Below, piece by piece: positions 33,818 to 45,229 of a DNA stretch of 64,000 nt (the first letter of the stretch is position 1; the number at the start of each line of letters is the position of its first letter). This DNA comes from Epithemia pelagica (Eukaryota; Protista; Bacillariophyta): assembly GCA_946965045.2 (NCBI GenBank), contig OX337241.1:1116001-1180000 (forward strand). The letters run 5' to 3'. The translations under genes and the position numbers were made by a program. The notes under the pieces were generated by a model, which saw only the letters and a program-made list of their open reading frames with translations, ran no database searches and was not told where the DNA came from.

Positions 33818-34228
33818 GGTCGTTCTGGCACTTCTGATTTCTCTGGTTGTTTCCGCAATGTCCAGACTTCTTTTTTTCTTTAGATACAGGGGAACCAAGA
33901 GGACCACCTTGATCTTTTTTGGTGTTGAGATTTGAGATGTTGGTTTGGTGCTTGCGTGTTATGGCACGAGCTTCTGCGTGTTCTGTGATTCGCCCCGCAG
34001 ATTTCTCGTGTCTCCATGTCCATGTCGCAATGTCGTGGGGCAGTTGATGGATGTCAGATTGAGTCGCGAAAAGGATCCATGCCAAACAACGAATCACGAC
34101 TGACGACGGTCAGGACACAACACAAAACACAACACAAAACAACAACATGACAACCTTCTGAGCCGACGCTTCGTTCCGAACTCGCAGTTACATACCTTAC
34201 AACTGCTTCAACTCCATCAGCTTCGAAG

Positions 34229-34771
34229 ATGCCGCATCCGCCCCAAATTTCGTCAGACTCCTTGTCTCGCCTCTGTGCTGATCTGAGCGGCGCAGGTGCT
34301 GAGTTGAAGACTACAAACGATGGTCTGTGTGATATGACCGTGATTGAGTTTCATCGCAAGGGGGACAAGGGTATGCGCATCCAGGATGCGTACAATAAAT
34401 GGGCTGTTTCCCAAGAGGGTGATCCCCTGACGTTCGCCGTTTGTGCTCCGCCAGGGAATGTGGTTTCTCCAGCGCCGGAAAGCGTGCTAGCCGTTGGAGT
34501 GGAAGCCTACAGCGTATTGCATGCGTATCAAGGGTTGACGATTGCAGCATTTGACGACGGAGCGGTGCCTGCGGTCCCCCTTTTGGGAGGCTATGGGCCC
34601 TTTGTGAACATCCATCATGCAGCTGTTGCCGCGAATAAGCTTTTGGAACGAATTGCAAACCCTGGACCCGGTTTCCCTGCGATCAATTCGGTTGGGGCCG
34701 GAACGTATTTGGCCACCGTATCGCAGCAATACACGAACGTGCTTGTTGTCATTCACGTCTACAAGGTGTAA
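34229..34771 (+). CDS. Hypothetical 180-aa protein, present only in unit 1
   Basis: ATG-started ORF with globular-looking composition; no family recognised. Confidence 0.5.
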   Translation: MPHPPQISSDSLSRLCADLSGAGAELKTTNDGLCDMTVIEFHRKGDKGMRIQDAYNKWAVSQEGDPLTFAVCAPPGNVVSPAPESVLAVGVEAYSVLHAYQGLTIAAFDDGAVPAVPLLGGYGPFVNIHHAAVAANKLLERIANPGPGFPAINSVGAGTYLATVSQQYTNVLVVIHVYKV

Positions 34772-34852
34772 GTAACTGTAAGAATATTTCGAATCGAATC
34801 AAGATGATCATAGTCGACACCAGGAATGTCATCGACATCACTAAGGTTGTCA

Positions 34853-35299
34853 TCAAAGTCTTCCTCGACGTGGCTCTTTGACGGCAAAATACCAAACGTG
34901 ATGCTGCGTCTCTTCTCGTTTTGTTCTCTCCTCTCCATCTTTCGGCCCTTTTCCCAATAATCTCTTCAACCTGTCAGGGTCCGATTTAGACTTGGTACGT
35001 TGAGACTTCTTGTCGAATTGCCATAAATCGGCCTGAGTCAATTGTTTGCGAAGCGAGGCCGACCAAATTCGCAATTCTCTGTGAATCTCGGGCAATAAGG
35101 CCGGGACGGAGACGCATGCTAACCATGGGAGGACTCCGTGAGACATTGCCTTGCGACGATCACGTCGGGATTTTTCGGGGTCATCTTCAACTTCAGTCTT
35201 CTCTTCTTCCACATCTTTCAGAGACGTCATAAGCGCAACTCCACCTGAGACTGATTTCCTCTGGCGACGTCTTGCTTGACGGCGATTGAATCTTTTCAC
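34853..35299 (-). CDS. Possible hypothetical protein or gene fragment
   Basis: 148-aa charged ORF without an ATG start, convergent with 34229-34771. Confidence 0.25.
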   Translation of the reverse strand: MKRFNRRQARRRQRKSVSGGVALMTSLKDVEEEKTEVEDDPEKSRRDRRKAMSHGVLPWLACVSVPALLPEIHRELRIWSASLRKQLTQADLWQFDKKSQRTKSKSDPDRLKRLLGKGPKDGEERTKREETQHHVWYFAVKEPRRGRL

Positions 35300-35315
35300 C
35301 GGTCATGGAAAATAT

Positions 35316-37172
35316 TGCAGACATTGAAGACGTTCTACCAGGCCGTACCGAGATTGGTGCAGACGGAAACGAAGTAGAACGCAAAGCATAAAAACATCTC
35401 AAAAAGGTTATGTTTGTTCTCGAAAGGTACCTCGGAAAGGCAACCTTTTTGACGAGCAAGGATGAGCAATAGGGTACAAAAGTAGAGAAATTGATCAAAG
35501 CCTTGCGGTACGAAATTTGTCAGGCAAGCAGCGAGACCGAGGATTCTTATACCAGTGATCCTACTACAACACCCGAAGAGAAATATGCACCCGGGGCGTA
35601 TGCTCACGAAACAGATGGCACACAGCCTTGCATTCGGTGTCTTTTACAGTTGATCGGTGCGTGTTGGGAACCCGATTCTTCGGAGAAATCCAGACCAGCA
35701 AAAAGTTTTGTTCTCAGAGAGGTTATGATTCCAAGTACCCGTTATCGACGCAAACGATCGATGGATTTCTTGCTCCAGAAGAAAGGGCGATTAGAAGCTG
35801 TTATTTTTTACGATAATCTGACGGTTCCTGTGGAAGCAAAGCCGGGATGCCGTAGTTCTGAGAAACCTGACAAACTCTGGAATGAGGCCACTAATCAAAT
35901 TTTATCTCACGTGAAATAACTTGATGTGAGATAAAACTTGATTTGTGGCCTCATTCGAAAGTGTATCGGGTTTCTCAGAACTACGGCGAATTCAACTTCG
36001 CCTGCTGGGGTGTGCCCTGTCACATTACTGGGATTGTTGTGTCCATGGCCGCCAGTCAGATGTTACAGCTGCGTTATGAAAACGTGGGTTCACCTGACGC
36101 CAAGTTGGTGTTATATCGGTCCAAGCTGATGCCTCTCATGAAAGTTGGGCACTTGAAAAATGGGCAGACGCGGCGGGAGATGAAAACTTAGAATCGTTTG
36201 ATTCACTCAGAACAGTTCTGTAGGGGACGGACGGGACTGGTGGAGTAGATGGTGTTGGACTTCCCTTGGGAGTTCGGGTCCTGTTCAATCTTATGAATCA
36301 ACCCAGTAATAAACTGTATGGCTTCTCAGTGGACATTGAAGTCGATATCTTGGGTCCTCAGATCGGGAGCGGTGGAACGGCGATAGTTTCTAGCAAAAAG
36401 GATGATCGCACGAGCGTGACAAAGCTGTAACGGTATCGGTATGGTATTAAGAACGGAATTGATAATGAGAGAAATTTTTTGAAGAAGCTGGCAGCTGGTT
36501 GCACAAATCTTGCTCAGGAAATCGCCAACGCTTTTCGAGGAGACAAGTTGAAGGTCAAGCTTGGCTCTGTTGAAATTTCTTTGCCCGCCATTCAGCTGAC
36601 CCCTCTTGGAAAAAATGCCTCTGCGTATTTGAATTCATTAGAGAAGACAAAAGCTTCGGGCTTGCGCCTCATACAAATGTTCTTTTCATGTATATACTTC
36701 AAGGCCGAATTGATCCCAGGGGATCCTAGGGGAATCCCAGGGGATCGATTCGGCCTTGAAGTATTTACATCAAAAGAACATTTGTCACTGCGATGTGACT
36801 CCCCAAAATATAATCATCGTTGGGGAAGAAAGTAATGCGAGAGCTGTGTTGATTGACTTCTCGGTTGCACGAGATCTCGGAGAAAGCGTCACTGGCTTTT
36901 GGGGGACACCGGACTACACCCACCGCGAAATATTTCTGAAGAAAACTTGGACGTCTGGTAAGGAAAAAGACAAAGCAGGGCTTGGGTTCACGATGGCTTT
37001 TTTCGCAAATGACTCTATTTTACCATGGGAGGCACTTACGTCTAGCTGGGAATTGGAATCTGAATTGGAGAATCGCCTCGAAAGGGCCCTAGAGGTGACC
37101 CAAGAAGCCGATTGCGAGCAACACATCAAGACAGAAATTGAAAAGCTTCTCGACTGTGACAAGAATTGGTAG
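35316..37172 (+). pseudogene. 5'-truncated, frameshifted copy of the nuclease-like/kinase gene (unit 1)
   Basis: Collinear with 50168-52795 but split over several frames, with an inverted-repeat insertion. Confidence 0.88.
36674..36784. repeat. 44-bp inverted repeat (hairpin) with 23-nt spacer
   Basis: 36674-36717 versus 36741-36784 are 41/44 complementary. Confidence 0.92.
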
Positions 37173-37872
37173 CAAGCAGTACCTAACGGCCTCATCCGAA
37201 AAACGATAGTCTCACAATCCTGCGAAATAGCTTGTTGGTTGAACACGGATTGTGCTATATGCACGTACGGGCGAACTACTTCCTCTTTGTAGACAGTTAC
37301 GAATAACCCACGAGGAATCGATGTCCACGCTGGTTGACGCAATGCAACACAGAGAGACGTACGAGAGGAGCCGAGAAAATGAATCCTTATATATTCGGAG
37401 TTCACATGAACAATGGTTTGAGATGACTCCACTTGCTTGGATGGATGAGCACAGGACAACACAATTGGTTTCAGGATCTGACCCGCATTCCAGGAGTGCT
37501 TTGGGACTGGCCCCTGTCCTAATCTACTCCAACCAGAACTGTGTAAAAAGAAGGAAAGAATCTCTATTCTTGGTTGGGCGTTCGCGATACTGCTGCATTC
37601 TTTGGCAAAAAAGACACGTGTTGCGAATACATACATTGCGTAAAGTGTGTGTGTGAGTGTGCCGTTCCAATACTGTCATCTCCATCCGTATCGCGAACCA
37701 TGTGTGTTTGCCGCCGTCATGTCAAATGTTGGAACTGTGATTTTGTTTGTCTCTGTCGTTGGTTCTGGCTTGTCTTTCTCCTCAGGTCGTCATCTCGTTG
37801 TTCCACCGCAATTCCGACCAGCATGACCATTCTTGCTTCTCCCGAGTATATACGTTCATTGTGTCGTTCGTG

Positions 37873-39040
37873 TTATGGTTGCACCGACTTGGCCTCTGCT
37901 TCTGCTTCTTCCTCCATGAAAGGCAAGACTGCGACGGCAATTTCATTGCGTTTCAAGACGGGCAGGGTATAGGGTGGATTGTACTGAAAGACCACATGGG
38001 GGACCGTCGAACCATGGGGGACATCCAATTCCACACCATCCAAGGCCAATCCAGCCAAGAGGGCATTCTTTTGTCGCATGACTTCACCCTTGGTGGCAAA
38101 GCCGGTAAATCGTCGTACGGCCAAACGGGCGGGAGGAATGTCTTGAATCAAAATTTGACCCGGTTTGTCGAGACCATACCAATATTCGTTGGTACTGCTT
38201 TCGTCCTGCGCCAAGGGTTCCGGAGGGGACAAAGGGGTGGTTGAGGATGAGGAGCCATCATAAAAGGTCCCAAATAAAAGCGCATTTCTCCCGACATGGT
38301 CGTGGTGACGGGCGTCGTCATTTCCATCGAGACAAACAACTCATGAGCAGTCGTCAATTTTGCAATTCATCCATCAGCACCAAATTCTCTTTCTTTCTTC
38401 ACATTCTCTACAGTGCATACACCACCCACCTTGATGGTTTCTTGATGCACCAATTCATCAATTTCATCTGTCGTCACTCCTACCGCAACAGCACGTCCCG
38501 CCAAGTCCAATATTTCTCGCGCCAAGGCACCCGCCTCTCGCATTTTTTCAATTTCCTTGGCTGTTTTGACTTCAATCATCCACACGGCAACAAAGGTTTG
38601 GCGGCACTCCGTCCTGGCGTCCCAGTTTCGGCATAATCGGGCTTGAGAATTTCTGGTACCGTCACAATCTTTTGAGGACTTTGTTGTCCTGGACGAATGG
38701 CTCCCGCATATGGAAATCGATCCAGTTGTTGCGGCATGGGTGCCGTCGTTGTCGAGGAGGACGATGAAGTGGTTCGGCTCTTGCTGCTGGTGCTGCCACC
38801 ACCAAATCCCTTGGACGCTTTGGCAGTCGACTTTTTCTTTTTGTTGTGCATCATAAACAAAGACCATTCCTGATCTCTCCTCGTTGCTGTTGATGTTTGA
38901 ACGGAGGACCATTGTGTTCTGGATATCTCCATGGATCCTCCTGTTTGTGGAGCCCCAAGAAACGCACTTGCGTGGGCAAGAAACGAGAGCAACAGGAACA
39001 GGTTACAGACGCACATCCTTGACATGACTTCTAATCTCAT
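37873..39040 (-). pseudogene. Chimeric pseudogene: MetAP 5' part (38334-39040) joined to SOUL 3' part (37873-38333)
   Basis: Junction ..CCATCGAGAC/AAACAACTC..; both parts carry frameshifts relative to the parent genes. Confidence 0.88.
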
Positions 39041-39260
39041 GGTCGTTCTGGCACTTCTGATTTCTCTGATTGTTTCCGCAATGTCCAGACTTCCTTTTTT
39101 CTTGTTGGATCCACAGGAACCAAGAGGACCACCTTGATCTTTTTTGGTTGAGATTTGAGATGTTGTTTTGGTGCTTGCGTGTTATGGCACGAGCTTCTGC
39201 GTGTTCTTTGATTGCTAGAGTATGTTGTTAGTCTAGCTATTCCCCAGCGCTAAGCGGGGA

Positions 39261-42200
39261 CTAAGAGTGGTGGGGCGGTTGCACCAAGGGTTTGGGACAA
39301 CCAATAGGGCGTGTATGGGGGAGGAGTGTAGGAGGAAGGAATTCGGCAAGAAACGAATTACGGAGTCGAAGTTGTCGTTTTTGTAACGACGCAGAGTCGT
39401 AGATGGCGAGTTGATGTGAGATGTGAGTTGCAAGGCCGATGGCGATAGCATGGCCAAGGGCGATGTGAGAGAAGGTGGACAAGGAGAGATGTTCATGTGG
39501 TGCAGAAGGTGTGGAGGTGCAGGAGGACAAAGGTTTGAAGGGGGGAGAAGGGGAGGTGAGATGCTTTGGGCAATGGGCAAATGTGGGGTAGAGTTCGAAG
39601 GCGTCTGGTTTGGGGGTCGTACGAGGTGAAGAAAGGCCAAGGCGGTCGTCTGGCCATTGTGGAGGTACATTGGGGCCAAAAAGGAAGTGCTGGGAGGAGG
39701 AGGGGTTGTGGAAAAGCAGATTATGGGCGAAATGTCCCAGGCCGCCGAGGTGATCGACAGTGAAAGGGACAAGGGCCATGTGGTGCTGGTTGAGCAGAGA
39801 AGCTGTATGGGCATCTCTTGTGAATTTATGTCGTGCCGCTACATGATGTGCCCTGCTGGCCAATGTGGCGATTTGGGAAAGATCGGGCAGATCGGTTGTA
39901 GAGGGAGAGGGAGGATCAAGTGGTGGGATGGTGACATCAATTGCAATATACGTTAAGTGATGTTGGTTCTCGGTGGGAATGAGTTGAATGCCAACGTCAG
40001 CAGGGCGAATGTTGGAGGAGTGGGCGGGTAGGAGGCCGAGGGGTTCGATGTGAACGTCGTCGGTGGATCGGGTATGACGGCTGTATGGGGCAAGTTGGCG
40101 CAGGATTTGAAAGAGACCATCTCTGATTGTATTGGATGCATGGGTCTTGGGAGCTTTGCGACACGAAAATAGATGGTCGCCGTATGGGTCGGGAGCGTTT
40201 GGTTGTTTGCATTGGCAGTGGTGTGTGTTTGGGAGAAGGGGAAGGCGTAGTTTGCGGTTGAGAATAATGGTGTAAAGGTGGTCGGGGATATGAAATGGGT
40301 GGAAGTGTCGTGGTTGGTGTAAGGCTCTGCTTATGAAAGGGGAGAGAGTGGAGGGAAGAGAAGGGAGTAGGTGGGATGGGAATGTTGCAATCAACCGGGG
40401 GAGGTGTGACTGTTGGATTGTTTGGTCGGTAAGGTTGTTTTGGATGTTATTTGGTAAGTGTTGTAGAAGTTGAGAGACAGGGTCTGTGGATGATGTTGTG
40501 ATGTGAAATGCGGCAAGGGCGTGGAGGAAGGTGTGGAAAAAGGGGAGGTGGGATGCGTGCCAGTCGCGGAATAAGTTGGAGTGGTATGGGGTAAGGGTTG
40601 TTGGTGTGTTTGGTGGGTTTGCGAGGGTGAGTGAACGTGTAATGGTACTGATCAGGGAAGGCAAGGCCATGGTGTGAGCGCTCGGGATGCCGAGGCCACC
40701 GTGGCGTTTGGGAAGGGTAGCGATTAGCAGGGCGTGGGGGGGAAGTGGTTGGTGCTGCTGTGTGGACCGTTGGAGGAAGGTTGTGTGGAGAGTATCAAGG
40801 GCGTGGGTGATAGAGGAGGACCAGTAGGCGTCGAGTTGGTTGGTGGCGGACATAAGAATGTCGGCCCAGAGCAGATGTGAAATGTTGGTGGCGATTGAAA
40901 ATCGGTACATAATGGACCGAGTCTGGGCGTTGGGGAGGAGCATGACTCGCTCTAGATGAGAGGCGGCAGTGGTGAGTCGTTGCATGATGAACGAGTGAAC
41001 GAAGTTGGGATGGCCAATGGGATGGCCTAAAAATCTGATACCGGTGGTGATCTCGGCGGCGGAAGGGTTCTGAGGGTTGAGGAAGGCAAGGGCAGTGGAT
41101 AGAGCGTGGGCGTCAGGGGGTTGCAGGTCTTGGAGTGGGGAGCGGCCAGAGGTAGACGTCATGATTTTTATTTTGGAGAGACTGATGTGGATGCCAAAAG
41201 GGGCGCCACGAGTTTGAAGTTGTGTTAAGAACCATGGAAGGTCTTGAAAGCAGAGACAAATTGATGTATCATCAAGGATGGATGTTGTATGAGCCGTGGC
41301 TCCATGGTCGTCATCCATTGGTTGGTTGTTGTTGCAGCGATTGGTGGCTCTGATTTGAAGGTCGGTGTTGATGGAATCAGTGATGGCTGAAAGGACCAAG
41401 CAAGCAAAAAGGGGGCTAAGAGGGCACCCCTGAGGGAAGCCCTCTTCCTGTAGAAAAGATTGGGGTAGTCGGGATTTGTCGTAGTACCAAGAGGTCGATA
41501 GTTGGGAATGGAGCAAATCGAACAGAGGAATCAGGGGGATTGTGGCAGGTCGCTGTTGGAGAATGAGGCGGCAAGCTTGTCGCGATACCGCATTAAACAT
41601 GTTTGTGAGATCAAGGAGGAGTAGAGCTCGTGTTGGTGTCTGAGGGGAGGTGATGTATTGCTGTAACTGGCAGATGGTGGACTGGATGGCTAAGTCAATG
41701 CCTCCGGACGTTTGAATGCCGAATTGTCCTAGAAGGGGGAGGAAATTGGAAAGGTGTGGGGCGGTGAGATATAGTGCGGCTGTGGCGGAGACGCGGCGGA
41801 GAGCGGTGCCTATGCCTATTGGACGAAGTTTAGAGGGATTTGTCGGGTCTTTATGAAGGGCTAAGAAATAATTTGCGGATACTAGATGGTGGATGGCTGG
41901 TGGGCCCCTTCCTTGGAGGATCAAGTTCAAGAGCGTAGTGAGAGGTTTTAAGAATGGGCAAGGGGATTTTTATTGCCTGTGGCATGATGAAGACCATAAG
42001 CAGCGATACTATCAATGGTGGAGGCAAAAGGGCCTGGCGCAGTGCCCCGTTTGAGTTTGTGCAGGACCGCTATAGTTTGGTTGTGGTTGAGTTGGAGTGG
42101 CGGTGTAGGAGGTGGTTTGTTACGTGTTGAACGTCGGGGTTGGTCGGAGGGAGTGGGAAGGGGAGGAGGCGTGGGCAAAGGGTCTGGATAGAGGGTCGTT

Positions 42201-43035
42201 TTGATGTGTTGAATACTGGTTCTGTGAGGGTGGCTATGGGGAGGGAGGCCGTGAGACGTTTGTAGGCAGTGGAGAAATTGTCGAGCTCGGCGGCGAGACT
42301 CGCCCGTTCGACAGCTTTGTCGTTGTCGGGGGAAGGAACAATGGTTGATGGAGAAAAGTTGCAATTTTGGGACCATGTGGATTCAATTAAGTGTTGGATA
42401 TTTCCTCGTTTAAGATGGGTGATACAAGCTCGGAGCGCTTGATGAGGCGAAGAGTATTCAAGTTTGCTAAATGGTGCAAGTAGGAGAGGCTCCAATACCA
42501 GGAGCAATTTCCAGAACGGGGTGGCATCTTCGGGACTGGGAGAGGTGGAAAGTACTGGCGGAGTGGCGTCAATAGTCCAGTTCACTACGAGGTTGAGAAT
42601 GGTTATGTACTCGGCTTTGGCTTGCGGAGATAAGAGATGCCAAAGGGTAGAACGAGAGGGAGGTGGAGTTGGTTCCCATGTTTGAAGAAAGTCTAGTGAT
42701 GCAGCCTATGCAGCGATGTAGTCGCAAGGCAGATTACGTAATTTGTGCTTTATTAATTGGAGATTAGAGTCTTTACGCTTATGGAATTTGTTCGTATGTT
42801 GGAGAAGATGGGCTTTGTCAAAATAAATAAATTTCGGATCGTTGCATATTGTGCAGGGGAAAAGGGAGGTTTGTTTGCAATAAAGTTCGGACATGTAGGT
42901 GGTTGGAATGTTGGGATGCGCATGCAGGAGGTGTTCACGTATGTGGCGTCGAGGGTGATTTGGAGGGGGAGACCGGAGAGACCAAGAACAAGTGGGACAG
43001 GGACAGGATTGTAGGAGGGATCGCGGGTGGGACAT
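39261..43035 (-). pseudogene. ORF2: C2H2 fingers + reverse transcriptase + CCHC + restriction-like endonuclease; disrupted 5' part, intact 889-aa 3' part
   Basis: CTIC..HTNKFH, TAPGP, LRPIGIG, DLTNMFN, FPQGCPLSP, ILDD, CQC..HLFSC, RPAD, DVT. In-frame TAG at 42706-42708 and frameshifts near 42220 and 41970. Confidence 0.88.
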
Positions 43036-43043
43036 GGCAACCT

Positions 43044-44889
43044 CTAAGTCACAGAGCCCCCTTGGGGCTTTGCGTTTTGAGTTTTGTCTTCCGCGTCCAT
43101 CCTGGCAAGAAGGTCATTAACGAAATCCCAAGTGGTCGCTAGGTCGTTGTCTTGGAAGGTCTGGATTGAAGCCAAATGCTTGATGAGCGCTTCTGTTTTG
43201 GAAGCATCACGTCCATAGACGTGAGCTATAAGTGTGAGAAATTCCTCCATGGTTGCCTGGGACCGAGTTGCCGATGTGATGTTGTGTTGTTGTAGGAGAT
43301 GGATGACTTCGTCTGGGGTGTTGGAAGTGGAAACTCCGTTTCGGCCATTGTTTTGCTACTGGAACTGTAGTGTGATTCATTGGGGGATGCAAAGCGGTTG
43401 TTGTTGTTGCTGTTATTGGACGTTGTAGTAGCAACCGGTTGGGGATTGGGTTGTGCCGGGAGTTTGGTAGTAGTCCAGGATTCATCGGTGTTGTTGTTGT
43501 TGGTGGTGGATTCCGCTGGTGTCATTCGTTTTTTCTGAGGAGGTTCTCGGGTGGGGGACACGATGGGGGTAGTGGCTTGGCGAGGAGTGGGCAAAGCCGG
43601 GTTGGTCCTGGTGATCCTTGCCGCTAAGCGTTGTAAGCGTTGGGTATGATTTTGGTGCTGGTTCATTGGTGGGATGGCGGCTGGGTTGTTGTTTTGTCTT
43701 GGAGGTTGCTGCGGAGTACTAAGCACTGGCGGAGGGAGCAGTTCGGTTGGAAATCCGGGGTAATGATGCAGTTGATTTGCGTCAAGTGTAAAAGTGTCAG
43801 GAGCACTTCTAAGAAACAAGTTGTAGCCGGTTGGTTCAATAGTATGTGCATTGAAGGTAGGAAAAATTCCTTCAAAGACGGGAAGGGTGTATAGTTGTGC
43901 CCAGTCTTGCGGCTTTGGTGGGAGGATGGGTGCCGAAAAGTGGATCACTGTACACCTGGTTTGAAAGTGGTGGTCAATATTCTTGACACTAGTGATACAG
44001 TCTGTGCGTTGGCTTTCGTTGTCGCTTGGAGGGAAAGGGTGTATCTGATAGACAGTCCCGAACCAGGTGAAATCCTGTTCGTTGTCTTGGATGGCGTGGG
44101 TGAAGCGGGAGACTGAACCTAAAAAGGTTTGGAACATGGACTTGGATGAAGCGGAAACTTGAATGACTGGGACGGTAGCTTTTACGCCGCTTTCGAGGGT
44201 TCCGGACATTGTTCCATCACGGAACCCAATGTGGTTTTTAAAGTCATATAAACCGGAGAGATTGGGGGGGGGGGAGGTAAGGGCGGATTTGTTGGTGTAT
44301 GGCTTCCTGTAGATGGATGAAACCTTGCTTGTTCTTGATAGCCATAGCCGGGATGCCTCCGACAATTCCCATGGCCTGAGCATTGGGGTTGTTGCATGCT
44401 GGGAGATAGAGAACCAATTGATGAGCGCGAGGGTCGGTCGTCGGTCCTTTGGGTTGGTTAGGAATTTTGTTGTACTTGAACGGACGAAGGATGATTTGAT
44501 CACCGTGCATGGTTTCTGTGAATTCAGATTTATGATGCTGGTGCCAACGTTGAAGGACAAATCTGATCACTTGATCTTGAAAAATTTCGTAGTCAAACGG
44601 TTTGTTGTTGCAGGCCGGTTTGAAGGCCAGATGGTATATGCTTCGGAAATGGCCATTCCGTGCGGCCGGTTTTTTGGTCTCGATGAATTCTATGCGATGG
44701 ATGGCGATCGCCAAAGGGTGCTCACCTTGTCGTTGTTGATGGTGATGAAGCGTTGCTTCGATCAGATCTTTTAACATGTTGCCCGTCACTGGCGCACGAC
44801 GGATCTCTTCGGACTTCGAGTCATGGTGGAGGTAACCCAGCACATGGAACAACACTGCTGGTTCAGGTTCGCTATGTTTTGGGGTATAG
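43044..44889 (-). pseudogene. ORF1 of the non-LTR element, frameshifted
   Basis: Overlapping track ORFs; one shift is at the 11-G run 44264-44274. The frame is open up to the element edge. Confidence 0.6.
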
Positions 44890-45229
44890 GTTCTTTGATT
44901 CGCCCCGCAGATCTCTCGTGTCATCCATCAACTGCCCCACCATATGTCAGATTGAGTCGCGAAAACGATCCATGCCAGAATAATTGATGCACCCGAGATT
45001 GATCTATCTGCGATCTGCGGGGAGTCCGTGCGGAGTATATGATAGTCCGGAGGAAGGTTGTTGGAAGCAAAATTTCATGTCACACAGCCAGTCGTGCGAA
45101 GAGACTCCTCCAAAGCAGCTCTACGTTTCAAAGGAAGACACAAGTCGGTTGCAATCAACTTCTTGTTGCGTCGTTTCACGATAAGAGGTCAGGACAAACA
45201 AAGAGTTCAAGACAACAAAGCAATACAAA

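Larger units (their letters stand above)
33116..38333. repeat. Tandem segmental-duplication unit 1 (~5.2 kb)
   Basis: Runs from MetAP intron 1 through the kinase gene to the SOUL 3' part; near-identical blocks recur in units 2 and 3. Confidence 0.9.
39214..44889 (-). mobile_element. CRE-like non-LTR retrotransposon (RLE endonuclease type), 5676 bp, probably 5'-truncated
   Basis: 11-bp TSD GTTCTTTGATT at 39203-39213 and 44890-44900; the matching empty site is in unit 3 near 49820-49830. Confidence 0.9.

Noticed and set aside
39214-39245. Shared 11-mer TAGCTAGACTA between the non-LTR 3' end (minus strand) and 55441
   Set aside because: Too short and low-complexity; chance is likely.
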